A stretch of DNA of 32,000 nucleotides from an uncultured bacterium (lineage in GTDB: Bacteria > GCA-001730085). A program made the translations under genes and the position numbers. Below the pieces are notes generated by a model, which was not told where the DNA came from, ran no database searches, and saw nothing but the letters and a program-made list of their open reading frames with translations. How positions within the stretch are numbered: the stretch's first letter is position 1; each line of letters opens with the position of its first letter. Location: the NCBI GenBank assembly GCA_964565945.1, contig CAZMGY010000012.1, forward strand, positions 60,001 through 92,000. Direction: 5' to 3'. Of this stretch, positions 1 to 9,689 are shown in pieces.

Positions 1-2
1 AA

Positions 3-3000
3 ATGATTCTCGAAAAAGAATTCGGAGAGGGTGCGCGTGAGCGTTTAACCGCTCAGATGCTTGATGCTCAAGTGACATCGAATCCTTTGGAAATGCAACG
101 CTTAATGAAAGCCAGAGTTGTTTTTACCGCGACCGATTGCCTCAATTTTTTGGACTTGTCGGCGCGGAATCCGCACAAAGCTAAAGATTCCAATGCGATC
201 GCTTTGCGTGATGCTTTAGTTAAAGGTACCACGAGGATTGTGGATGAGATTCATAAATTTGTAACCCAGCAAAAGAGCTTTGTGACGGGAACGGATGCTG
301 GTGAAGTGGCTGTGGGTGTGCGCGATGCTAAATTAGCACATTACATTACGGAACAAGCTTTGAACTTGATTCAGGAAAAACTAGGCAAGGGCGAAGCTAT
401 CTATAATTCTCAAGGAGGTTTTGCCTCAGGTGCAGAGAAGGTTTTACTTGGGAAACGAATGGGGCAGGGTGTTTTACGCTTTAATCCTGAACGTGTTGGA
501 AATACGGATGTGGCTTTTAGTGCTGCTTTTAAAGTGGAGTTATTGCGGAGGTTGCAAACCAGTCGATTGGATGGGTTTAACTTGAGCAGTCAGGCCGCAA
601 AGCTTATGGATCGTTTTGGTGGCCGTGGTGAAAAAGAATTAGCGAATCGCTTGAAGACTCTTTACAAGGTGGGTGAACACGATGTTTATTCGGCACCTCA
701 GTTTGTTTTCCATTATTTGGATCATTTGGCGCAGTCCTTTTCGGGACGGACGCGTGTGAAGGAGTTGCAAAACCGTTATGGTCCCAACCAGGCTTATGAG
801 GTTTTATTGGATTCGAAAAGCAAAATGATTGAACGTGATGAGCATGGTGTGCCTCGGGTTGTTCCGATGAGTGGTGGGGAAAAACAAGTTAGCCAGAAAT
901 ACTCGAATCGTGAACATGTTCTATCGATCTATTATTCAACGCTGGCTCAGCATATGTTTCAAGATGGTCGTTTTACGGGCAGTTGGAAGAAATCTTTGAT
1001 TCAGGATGCTAGTCGCATTAAATTACAGCCTGATTCCTATCGCTTGAAGTTAAGCGATCACTTAGAGATGGCCACACGCGCTGGTCGTGTGCTGGGTTTT
1101 TCTGGATCGGTGGTAGGTTCTCAGCAGGCGTTTGAGTTTATGATGGGGATGAAAGTTTGGACCTCCCAAAGAGCCGAATATAAATTGGCTGGTGATACCG
1201 TCGGTAAGTACGTAATTGATCCGATGATGCGTTTGCATCAGAACGAAGTGAGTCAAATTGATAGCCACGGTATGCGAGAAAAGTTTGAAAAAGCCTTAAC
1301 CGAAGGTGCCACTGTAACCCCACAGTATCGTCAAATGATTGAGAAACGCTTGAAAGAGCGCTTACGTTTCGAAAAAGAAAGTCGAATGGAATTAGCTCAA
1401 ATCGAAGGACTACTTAAGGAAGTTCCTAAGATTAAAGATGCTTTGTGGCTTCGTGAAAAAACATCAAGCTCAGAAGGCAAAGAGGCGATTCGTCCTGGTA
1501 GCACGAATCCTTTAACCCAACGTTTATTTAATGAGGCGCTGAGACATCAAAAAATCTATGATTTATCTGCCAAGCAGGTTAATGAAGGCTATTTGAAGGA
1601 TCGTACCATCAATCATGACAAGTTGTCGCCGCAGGATCGTTCGGCAAACTATGAAGTGATCAAAAATGAAATTGTGGCCGAAGCTAGCTATTTAAGAGCT
1701 AAGCATGAGCAAGCTTTGCGTCATCAAGCCGAAATGGAAAAAGGTACCCCTCTTACTAAGCGAGAGCTTGAAACACTTCGCGAAAAAGTGATGAGCATCG
1801 AAGAGACGCGCCAGTTGGCATCGCGTTTGATTGAGCTCAAAACTCAAGGGGATGTGTTAGGGCGTCATATTGTCAAGCAGATAATTGGTGACGGGTATGT
1901 GGCTCTTAAGGAAAAAGGTATTACGGCCGAAAAACTGATGGAGAGGCTTGAAATCCAAGTCCAGAACATGATTACAAAGACGCTGAAAAAGATCCCTACC
2001 GACTCTTCGATAGAGGGTCATCACGCTCTCGTGGTGGATTATACGGTTTCAACCCGAATGGAAAATCTACATACTCTGCTCGAGGAAGCGGCTAAGGCCA
2101 ACAAAGATGTGATTGTTAAGGATTTGACTGGAGAATGGCGTTTGTTCTTGCATAAAGAAAAACAAAATTGGGTTAATCGTGAAACAGGTCAGATTGAATT
2201 TTCACGTACTTTGCGCTTCGATCAAGATATGGCCAAGTCGTTGCTTGATAAAGGTAAAACAGAGGTTCCTGCCGAATTTGTGGCCGAGATACAAGCCCGT
2301 GGTCTAAAACTAACCCAGGGTAGAAAAGGTGAAATGCTATTGTACCGCAACGGTAGCGAACCTGGTCAGTTGAATGTAGATATTGGAGCTGTTTATTTAT
2401 TCCCCGCGGGTGCGACGGGAACCAACTTGGAGATGAAAGCGAGTGGAAAATTTCGCCAAAAAATCATTAAGATTTTTGATCGTCAGATGCTCGAGAAAGA
2501 GTTTCAACAAGGTTTGGGTCGTGATCGCGGAGTGCGTGTTGAACCTGTGGACGGTGTGGGTTTTAAATTGCCATCGGAGCGTCACGTTTACTTTATGTCG
2601 CCCGAAGGTAAATACCAGTATGAAGGGGTGAAGGGGCAGGTGAAAACGGGTAATATGTTGCACAGCAATGGAACGGTTGATTTGCATCAGCTGTTTCATA
2701 TGCTTCGCACCAACCAAGAAGTGAATACTAAAGTACAAAACTTTCGTCAGGCCAGTGAAGCTTTGTATGAACCGCATAATCGGGTGGTTTCAGAAGTGTT
2801 GCGCTTAATTCGTCCTCATGAAGAACAATTGTTCCATGTGAAAAAATTGCTTAAAGATCACTTGAAAAACATTCAGAACGAAAAGCGCGAAGCCTTTCGT
2901 GTTTCCCTTTTGGAGACTAAGAGTACAACTCTCGTTTTGCAAGATATGGCGCGTAAAGCTAACAATCAAATGATTAAGTTGCTTGATGCTCTCGAAGGGA

Positions 3001-6000
3001 AGGGCCTAAAAATGAATTTTGCCAATCTTATGGGACAGGGAGAAGTGTTGTCAGCGATTAATCGCATGCCAGCCAACCGCACCTTCAACCTTCTTCGCAG
3101 TGATGTGAAGGAGCTTTTGCAAACGCATCGAGATGGTTTAAAAGGCGACTTGCGTTTTGCTGATATTAGTCGCGCTGTACCTGAAGGTGGTTTGATGAAT
3201 GCGAAAACAATGGCTGATGTGATTAATGTGATTAGCAGTTTGGGTCGCGATGCTTTATTGGCTAAAACTAGCCAACGGACGTATTCGGGTGAAATTTCGC
3301 GTCAAACAGTTTCGGCCAAATCGATGTCTGGTTTGGCTGAAAATGCTTACAAACGATTGCGTTCTGATGGTGCTATTAGTCAGAAACAATGGCAACTGGC
3401 TCAAAATCGAGCCAAAACCAAGATGATGAAGTTACATCGCTATAGCAAAGTTCGCAAACGTTTGCGTTTGGACGAAGCGAACCGTAGCGATGGTGTTAAG
3501 TCCAATAGTTTCTTCAAACGGATGTGGAATTATCGTTCAAACCAAGAGAAACGTAAGCCTGTCTATGCTCAGTGGAATGTTGAGACGCGTGATGAGCAGT
3601 TTGAAAAAGTGATGAAGTCTGACGCTCTCTTGCGCAGTGAGTACATGGTGGAAACCATGAATGCATTGTTTGCCCAACCCGACGTCGCAATTGAAAAACG
3701 TTATCGTGAAGCTCTCGATAAAGTCGTTAAAACTTTTGGTGCCAAAAGTTGGCGCCCCGCAACTCCTAAGGTTTTGGATGCAGATTCCTTGTATAAACTC
3801 TACACTGAATACCATTTTTACAATAAAACGGCGTTGCTGATGCACGTGAAAGAGTTTGATTGGTTGCGTGAACTTTTTTTTGGAGAACTTAATGTGGATA
3901 ACGATACCGTTGTATTAGATGATGGCGTATCGGTTTTTGCTCACAAGGATATCACGGCGCAGTTAGAAAAAATGGTCACAGACGAGCTTAGTCCGTTGCA
4001 CCAAGCGATCCAAGCGAAACATGCTTCGGATAATGCTGTTAGGGTTCAGCAAGTGACGCTTAATTCGCGTTGGACTGGCGAACAAAGCGATCAACTGATT
4101 CATGTCTCTGTCCAGTTTTCTGATGAATTGACGGGGGATAGTTACCAAGAGGATGTGACCTTTGTTTATCGCAATTACAAAAGGTTCCTGTGGCAGCTCC
4201 CAAATCATCGGCAACTTGTCACAGTGGCCGATTATTTGGGAGCTGCCACAGGAACCTTTAATGAAAACAAGGTGTTGAAGCTGGGTGAGCTTGCTGGACG
4301 TGAAGTACTTCGTAAGATGAATACTCGCATACGTACTGAACTAGAAGCAGAACAATCTTTTAAAATATTCATTCAAAAAGCTTATCAAGATGGTTTGGAT
4401 TTGGCCAAAGAGGTTGGCTTGCAGGATGAGTTGCTGCAGCGATTCTTGGAAGAATATCAAAAGGGCCTTGCTGGGACAGCACCCAATGCTTCATTAAGAG
4501 CTCGTTTGACCCAGTTGGGTACTTCTGAACACAGGGGGGCTAACTTTGTGCGCCACTTTATAGTGCTGGATCAATTGGTGCAAAAGATTGAGAAAGCTGG
4601 TGTTTTCAAAAAAGGTTCTTTGGATCGTTCCAAATTACGTCAGAAGATACTGAGTGCTCAGGTGAGCGTTCTAAAGCATGCTCGAAGCGACGCAGATGAT
4701 AAACAACCAAAAGCTACGGATAAGGTTGAAGAAACCTTATCCCTAAGGCAGGCGGTGCTTAAACTTCAGCAAGAGCCAGGCAATGCTCGTTTGGAGGTCG
4801 CTATTAACGAAAGGCTCAAATTACTTGTGGAAAGCGAGCTGAAGGTTCAAACGCGTCAACGAGCTGATTTCTCTCAGAAAGCTTTGACATCCTATGCACC
4901 ATCGGCCAAGTGGTATGCACGCTTTTTCCGTTGGAGTATTCGCCGCTCGCCGATGAGTGACAAAGATATTAAAGCGGCTGTTAAAGAAATTGATGCCAAA
5001 GATTGGGTCAGAGATGTGATTAAAGAGGTGGTGAAAACCACAGGTGTTAATCGTGTCGGAGATATTCTGCAGTCTGGTGATAAAATCGATCCTCATTTTG
5101 AAGACAAAAAAGACTTTAAGTTGAGAGAAGTTGCAGCTCAATCTTTGAGTTGGTTGCAAGAGCGTCGTAAACAAGAGGCTGGTATAGATCTGAATGCCAT
5201 GGGCGGTTTGGGTGGATTCCCTGGAATGGATTTTGGATCGATGGCGGGTGGCCAGGAAACGGGTGAACTTGTGATTGATCTTAAACAGCTAGCTGCAGAA
5301 ATGGGTATGAATCAGCAGGAGTTGCAGAACAAACTTCACGAAGTTATCTTGGGTACCAAGGAGGCGGGTGTGCGTTTGGAGCAAACACGCCTATGGCAAC
5401 AACGCTATCTAACAGTTAAAATGTACAAAGAATGGAAAGCGATTATCTTGTATTTGGCACAACAGTCTCAATCGGATGCAACCATGATGGATAAGCTGCG
5501 ACCCTTGTTGGAAGATATCTATGTGCATGATCGTGACAATATCATTGAATCTGGTCAAGCGTCGGTGTCACCGTTGGCCAATATGAAAACTTTAGAAGAA
5601 GTTCAAAAACACTGGTTTGAGATGAAAGAGAAGGACTACGAATTGCGTGATAAGAAAGCCAAGTTGACCCAATTGGAAGAAGATCTTAAACCTCTTTTGC
5701 CTAAAACGGAGACCCAGCAAGATGGAGATAATCTGGATTCCTCTCAAGCCGTTAAGCTTACTGAAGAACAAGAAACGAAGAAAAAGTCGCTCGAAGAACA
5801 AACAGCTAAGTTTAAAGAAGAGATTGCTAAGCTTGAAGAATCGCTTGCTGTCCTTGGAGATCAGATGGATAAGAAGCTTCGTTTAGGAGTGTTTGCTGAC
5901 CTTTATCGCGAGTTGATGGGAATTCATGGCTTGTTGGAGAAACGCTCGGAGACGGGGCAGTTAGATGCCATTGGCCAAAAGTTTACAGAAAAAATGCAAC

Positions 6001-7145
6001 AATTGTCCCAGGAAGCTGGTGAAGACGAAGGTTTGAGTGAAAAAATCACAGTTATCGACGAATTGCTTGAGAAAAAGGAAGAGTCTGATATTCAAAAACT
6101 CAATAAAGATCTTGTCGATGTGTTGCAGCGTCAAGATTTTGATGATCAGCGTGATTCCGAACGAGCTCAGGCCGATGAGGCTTTGGATGAAGTAAGCTAC
6201 CGTCAACTTTTCCCTGAAGAAACGTATCAAGCTAAAGGGGAGGAAAAACAGCAGACGGTGGCTATTGATCAGTTACGTCAACCAATGTCAGAATCATCCG
6301 ATCTATTGGCCACAGGCACAGATGACTTAAATTTGCATGAGGCTTCTACCTTAAATGGATCGATCGAAGGAACACTTACCATTTTACGCCCTGGTCGAGT
6401 GGGTAATGTGCCCCAGGCTCAAGCCACTTTGAGTCGTCTTACAGGAGATCTTAGAGCTTTAGTGTTGCCCGCAACTGAAGGTGTGGCGGATGTTAATGTC
6501 ACTAACCCTGTTGACTTACAATCGGTGGCAGTTAAGGTACCAGGATTTTTGACCTATGTGCAAGAACGCTTGGCTGGGAAAGGGCAACATAGGCCTCTTG
6601 AAATTATTGTGGATGAGAAGGTTACGGGACGAAGCAACGAGCTTCGTAGTGCGAATAATAAAGATGTGATTGCTTTTAATCCTTACTTTGTTCAAAATTA
6701 TCCTAACCTTGTGGCGGTTGAAATCTTTCACGAAGTAGCACATGCCTTTACTCACGATGTTCTGGGAGAGACTTTTCATCATGATGCGAACGTGTTTGAT
6801 GACAAGCGTGGCTTGATTGAAGCGGCCGTTTACAAACTGCAATACGTGGCGCTGGCGGCTTTCCTTAAGTATCCAGAATTACTTAAAGTGGCTGAAGCCT
6901 ATAAGCAGTTGCTTCAACAAGATTACACATTGGCTATCAGGGGTGATGAACTTGAAGGCAAGGAGGTGAGGGACGTCTTTGCCTTTGGTGACCCTTTTGA
7001 TCAATTTATTCAACGGATCTATCACTCTGCATTGGACGGACGAGGGGAAGCCACCTTTATTGGGTTACCCGCTGTCGTTGAGCATATTACTCGCGACTTG
7101 AGTCAAGTGATGGAATACCAAGCCAAGCTTGTGGTGGCGACTTAA
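3..7145 (+). CDS. Giant multidomain protein, 5'-truncated by the window edge (at least 2380 aa): SecA/SF2-like NTPase motor motifs, long helical/coiled-coil body, C-terminal HExxH zincin-like module
   Basis: One uninterrupted ORF runs from the window edge to TAA at 7143-7145, with no start codon in view. 2380 stop-free codons is far beyond chance, and the antisense ORFs inside it are all short. Motifs read from the translation: VDEIH (nt 240-254), LGFSGS..AFEF (nt 1092-1139), AGATGT (nt 2406-2423), Gly-rich linker GGLGGFPGMDFGSMAGG (about nt 5201-5265), E/K/Q-rich coiled-coil-like stretch (about nt 5580-6250), HEVAH (nt 6729-6743). Confidence 0.85.
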   Translation: MILEKEFGEGARERLTAQMLDAQVTSNPLEMQRLMKARVVFTATDCLNFLDLSARNPHKAKDSNAIALRDALVKGTTRIVDEIHKFVTQQKSFVTGTDAGEVAVGVRDAKLAHYITEQALNLIQEKLGKGEAIYNSQGGFASGAEKVLLGKRMGQGVLRFNPERVGNTDVAFSAAFKVELLRRLQTSRLDGFNLSSQAAKLMDRFGGRGEKELANRLKTLYKVGEHDVYSAPQFVFHYLDHLAQSFSGRTRVKELQNRYGPNQAYEVLLDSKSKMIERDEHGVPRVVPMSGGEKQVSQKYSNREHVLSIYYSTLAQHMFQDGRFTGSWKKSLIQDASRIKLQPDSYRLKLSDHLEMATRAGRVLGFSGSVVGSQQAFEFMMGMKVWTSQRAEYKLAGDTVGKYVIDPMMRLHQNEVSQIDSHGMREKFEKALTEGATVTPQYRQMIEKRLKERLRFEKESRMELAQIEGLLKEVPKIKDALWLREKTSSSEGKEAIRPGSTNPLTQRLFNEALRHQKIYDLSAKQVNEGYLKDRTINHDKLSPQDRSANYEVIKNEIVAEASYLRAKHEQALRHQAEMEKGTPLTKRELETLREKVMSIEETRQLASRLIELKTQGDVLGRHIVKQIIGDGYVALKEKGITAEKLMERLEIQVQNMITKTLKKIPTDSSIEGHHALVVDYTVSTRMENLHTLLEEAAKANKDVIVKDLTGEWRLFLHKEKQNWVNRETGQIEFSRTLRFDQDMAKSLLDKGKTEVPAEFVAEIQARGLKLTQGRKGEMLLYRNGSEPGQLNVDIGAVYLFPAGATGTNLEMKASGKFRQKIIKIFDRQMLEKEFQQGLGRDRGVRVEPVDGVGFKLPSERHVYFMSPEGKYQYEGVKGQVKTGNMLHSNGTVDLHQLFHMLRTNQEVNTKVQNFRQASEALYEPHNRVVSEVLRLIRPHEEQLFHVKKLLKDHLKNIQNEKREAFRVSLLETKSTTLVLQDMARKANNQMIKLLDALEGKGLKMNFANLMGQGEVLSAINRMPANRTFNLLRSDVKELLQTHRDGLKGDLRFADISRAVPEGGLMNAKTMADVINVISSLGRDALLAKTSQRTYSGEISRQTVSAKSMSGLAENAYKRLRSDGAISQKQWQLAQNRAKTKMMKLHRYSKVRKRLRLDEANRSDGVKSNSFFKRMWNYRSNQEKRKPVYAQWNVETRDEQFEKVMKSDALLRSEYMVETMNALFAQPDVAIEKRYREALDKVVKTFGAKSWRPATPKVLDADSLYKLYTEYHFYNKTALLMHVKEFDWLRELFFGELNVDNDTVVLDDGVSVFAHKDITAQLEKMVTDELSPLHQAIQAKHASDNAVRVQQVTLNSRWTGEQSDQLIHVSVQFSDELTGDSYQEDVTFVYRNYKRFLWQLPNHRQLVTVADYLGAATGTFNENKVLKLGELAGREVLRKMNTRIRTELEAEQSFKIFIQKAYQDGLDLAKEVGLQDELLQRFLEEYQKGLAGTAPNASLRARLTQLGTSEHRGANFVRHFIVLDQLVQKIEKAGVFKKGSLDRSKLRQKILSAQVSVLKHARSDADDKQPKATDKVEETLSLRQAVLKLQQEPGNARLEVAINERLKLLVESELKVQTRQRADFSQKALTSYAPSAKWYARFFRWSIRRSPMSDKDIKAAVKEIDAKDWVRDVIKEVVKTTGVNRVGDILQSGDKIDPHFEDKKDFKLREVAAQSLSWLQERRKQEAGIDLNAMGGLGGFPGMDFGSMAGGQETGELVIDLKQLAAEMGMNQQELQNKLHEVILGTKEAGVRLEQTRLWQQRYLTVKMYKEWKAIILYLAQQSQSDATMMDKLRPLLEDIYVHDRDNIIESGQASVSPLANMKTLEEVQKHWFEMKEKDYELRDKKAKLTQLEEDLKPLLPKTETQQDGDNLDSSQAVKLTEEQETKKKSLEEQTAKFKEEIAKLEESLAVLGDQMDKKLRLGVFADLYRELMGIHGLLEKRSETGQLDAIGQKFTEKMQQLSQEAGEDEGLSEKITVIDELLEKKEESDIQKLNKDLVDVLQRQDFDDQRDSERAQADEALDEVSYRQLFPEETYQAKGEEKQQTVAIDQLRQPMSESSDLLATGTDDLNLHEASTLNGSIEGTLTILRPGRVGNVPQAQATLSRLTGDLRALVLPATEGVADVNVTNPVDLQSVAVKVPGFLTYVQERLAGKGQHRPLEIIVDEKVTGRSNELRSANNKDVIAFNPYFVQNYPNLVAVEIFHEVAHAFTHDVLGETFHHDANVFDDKRGLIEAAVYKLQYVALAAFLKYPELLKVAEAYKQLLQQDYTLAIRGDELEGKEVRDVFAFGDPFDQFIQRIYHSALDGRGEATFIGLPAVVEHITRDLSQVMEYQAKLVVAT

Positions 7146-7208
7146 TAAAAGTGTTTTCTGGGTTGGGGCTGGTTAACCTAGAATTGCTTGTTCCGGATGA
7201 GATTCCTA

Positions 7209-7217
7209 TGAGATAAT
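7209..7217 (+). promoter_or_regulatory. Candidate extended -10 promoter element (TGAGATAAT) for cvpA
   Basis: TG-n-GATAAT lies 29 nt upstream of the cvpA GTG. There is no convincing -35. The SD AGGGGAG at 7235-7241 follows. It resembles the elements at 11797 and 17760. Confidence 0.3.
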
Positions 7218-7245
7218 GAGATCCCGATGTTTCTAGGGGAGTGCT

Positions 7246-7689
7246 GTGAGTATCAATTGGCTTGATATTGTGATTTTGGTGATATTGTCGGCCGTGACTT
7301 ATTGGGGCTGGAAGGCTGGTTTGACTGGTGAAGTCTTTCGCTTTTTGGGGGTGATGGCAGCCTTGTTTTGTGCTTTTCGATTCACCCATGGTTTGGCTGA
7401 TGAATTGTATGGTTGGGTTAAGGTGCCGATTGTTTTTTTGCGATTATTTTCTTTTGTTTTGATTATGACCTTGGGCTACATCTTTGTGCAAGTCATGAAG
7501 CTAGCGATGCAAAAACATGAAAAATCGACCAATGTTTATGATTGTATTGAGCATTTTGGTGGTGCAGGCGTTGCTTTATTGAAAGGAAGCATTGCTATTT
7601 TTGTATTGTTGGTGTTACTTGGTTCGCTACCGTCACAAAAACTGAGTGGACAGATTAAACGCATCGCACACATTTGGCTTCGTGGATAA
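7246..7689 (+). CDS. cvpA: CvpA-family (colicin V production) integral membrane protein
   Basis: GTG start lies 4 nt after the SD AGGGGAG. The 147-aa product has several hydrophobic helices. The N-terminus MSINWLDIVILVILSAVTYWGWKAGLTGEV and the later GGAGVALLKGSIAIFVLLVLL block resemble the E. coli CvpA layout (N-terminal W.D..I...G...G..RE, later G..RG). Confidence 0.7.
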   Translation: MSINWLDIVILVILSAVTYWGWKAGLTGEVFRFLGVMAALFCAFRFTHGLADELYGWVKVPIVFLRLFSFVLIMTLGYIFVQVMKLAMQKHEKSTNVYDCIEHFGGAGVALLKGSIAIFVLLVLLGSLPSQKLSGQIKRIAHIWLRG

Positions 7690-7874
7690 AGATGCCAGAT
7701 GTTTTTGCTTATATGACCGAATATTGTGGAAGGGATGTCGTACAATGATTGTGAAGCGTCATCTGGAGAAAATATCGGAGTGGATTGCTGGTCGACATCA
7801 TCCTACTGAGGTTCTCTAAGTTGAATAAAGCTAGTTGCTAGCTATGTGTTTGGAATGTGAGGAAGGTAAGGAAC

Positions 7875-9689
7875 GTGGCTTTGATTTCGCAAGAGGTGAT
7901 ACAGGATATCTTGCAACGCATTGATATTGTCGAACTGATAGGCGAGCATGTTGAGCTAAAGCGGACAGGACAGAACTCTAAAGGTTTTTGCCCTTTTCAT
8001 AATGAAAAAAGCCCTTCATTTCATGTGAACCCTGATCGGCAAATGTATTACTGTTTTGGTTGCAATGTTGGGGGAGATGCCATTAATTTTCTTATGCGTT
8101 ATGACAGCATAACTTTTCTTGAGGCGATGGAGCGTTTAGCGGAACGGGCAGGCATAGAATTGCCCTGCGATGACGAAGGAGATTCTTCGCAAAGAGATCA
8201 GTACAAACGTTTGGCAAGCATGATGTGCGCAGCTGCGATGTATTTTCATAAAATGTTGCTTCACCCCACAATAGGTCAAAAAGTTCGCGATTATTTAAAG
8301 CAAAGACAACTAAATGAAAAGGTGATTCGTGAATTTCAGTTGGGTTTTGTTCCTACTGGTGGTCAAAACTTGTTGAAAGCTGCCCAAAAAAGTGGGGTGA
8401 ATGTGGAAGACCTACTGCTCGGTGGCTTGGTGCTTAAAAATGATTCGGGTCAGGTTTACGATCGTTTTCGTGATCGCTTTATGATTCCGATCACTGATAT
8501 GCATGGTAAAGTTATTGCTTTTGGTGGACGCGCCAGGGGAGAGACTCGACCAAAGTATTTGAACTCTCCCGAAACGCCTCTTTTTAACAAAAGTCGGGTT
8601 TTGTTTGGTCTCGACAAGGCTAAAAAAGAGATTATGCGGCGCAGAACGGTGATTGTGGTTGAGGGTTACATGGATTGTATTCGCATGGTGCAGGAGGGAT
8701 TTCCTCATGTGGTCGCCACCTTAGGCACCTCATTGACGGCTCAGCATGCATCAATCTTGAAAAGGTTTGCTGACAATGTCATTATAATTTATGATAGTGA
8801 TAAAGCCGGACAGATGGCAGCATTGCGTGGGATTGACGTATTGCTGGAAGCGGCTCTTCGTGTGGATGTTGTGGCTCTCAAAGGAGCCAAAGATCCCGAT
8901 GATTTTCTGGGATCTTTTGGCTCGGATGCGATGAATCAAAAGATTGAACAAAAAAAGCACGATTTTTTTGACTTTAAGTATCATGTTCTTTTGAAAAGCT
9001 TTGGTCAGGTTAGCCCCGAAGTTGGTAAAGCGAAGGTAGCGGATCAACTTTTCGAGAGTTTATTAAAGATCGAAAATCATATTGTTCAAGGAGAGTATTT
9101 AAAGAAACTTAGCGACCTTATGGGCGTTGATGTGTCTTTTGTGCAAGCCGAGTTTGCCAAGAAACAAAGACGAGGGCAAAGAGTGGTGCGATTGGCAGAT
9201 CATCTGCAAAAGTCAGCAAATCATGAAAAAATGCTTGAACCAGCCGAAAGAAATGTGCTGGTTCTTTTATTACGAAATGAACGTTATTTTCAGTGGTTGC
9301 TTCAGAATCAAGAAGAGTTTGCCATACAGTGGCACCACAAAGGTATTCCTCATGTGATGGCTCTTTGGAAAAAATATCGCTATTCGTCGGGTGCAGACAT
9401 ATTGATGCACACCGAAGATGAAGAGTTGAAAACTTTGATTACTGCATTAGCGATGGACGAAAGCATTGCTTCGGATGTCGAAGATAAGGTTTTTGGAGAT
9501 TGCATTCGTCAGATTGTTGTGAAACAGTTGGATAAAAAGGTTCAAAATTTGAGCCAGGAGATGATGCAAAATCATCGATTGGAAATGACGCAAGATGAAG
9601 CGAATCTATGGAGTAATGAATGTAAAGTGGAATTACAGAGTTTGATTCAGAAAAAATATAAAATCAATCAGGAAGGTGTTCTCTTATGA
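7875..9689 (+). CDS. dnaG: DNA primase DnaG
   Basis: CHC2 zinc finger [25 protein letters not shown]. Toprim motifs VVEGYMDCI and [13 protein letters not shown]. The start is ambiguous: GTG at 7875 follows GAGGAAGG/AAGGA, and the ORF track's upstream GTG at 7857 is the alternative. The stop TGA overlaps the rpoD ATG. Confidence 0.93.
   Translation: MALISQEVIQDILQRIDIVELIGEHVELKRTGQNSKGFCPFHNEKSPSFHVNPDRQMYYCFGCNVGGDAINFLMRYDSITFLEAMERLAERAGIELPCDDEGDSSQRDQYKRLASMMCAAAMYFHKMLLHPTIGQKVRDYLKQRQLNEKVIREFQLGFVPTGGQNLLKAAQKSGVNVEDLLLGGLVLKNDSGQVYDRFRDRFMIPITDMHGKVIAFGGRARGETRPKYLNSPETPLFNKSRVLFGLDKAKKEIMRRRTVIVVEGYMDCIRMVQEGFPHVVATLGTSLTAQHASILKRFADNVIIIYDSDKAGQMAALRGIDVLLEAALRVDVVALKGAKDPDDFLGSFGSDAMNQKIEQKKHDFFDFKYHVLLKSFGQVSPEVGKAKVADQLFESLLKIENHIVQGEYLKKLSDLMGVDVSFVQAEFAKKQRRGQRVVRLADHLQKSANHEKMLEPAERNVLVLLLRNERYFQWLLQNQEEFAIQWHHKGIPHVMALWKKYRYSSGADILMHTEDEELKTLITALAMDESIASDVEDKVFGDCIRQIVVKQLDKKVQNLSQEMMQNHRLEMTQDEANLWSNECKVELQSLIQKKYKINQEGVLL

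Noticed and set aside
3893-3901. Perfect DnaA-box 9-mers: TGTGGATAA here and TTATCCACA at 12695-12703
   Set aside because: The two copies are isolated, intragenic and 8.8 kb apart, with no clustering and no AT-rich unwinding element. This is about what chance allows in 32 kb on both strands, so it is not an origin.
1062-6842. Eight minus-strand ORFs and one plus-strand off-frame ORF (61-126 aa) listed inside the giant gene
   Set aside because: All lie wholly inside a 2380-codon open frame and lack SD sites. Their composition is the skewed R/L/S/F-rich or low-complexity type typical of shadow frames.
7745-7819. 24-aa ORF (MIVKRHLEKISEWIAGRHHPTEVL) with a GGAAGGGA upstream, where rpsU might be expected
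   Set aside because: It does not resemble ribosomal protein S21 and is too short to support without conservation or ribosome-profiling data.
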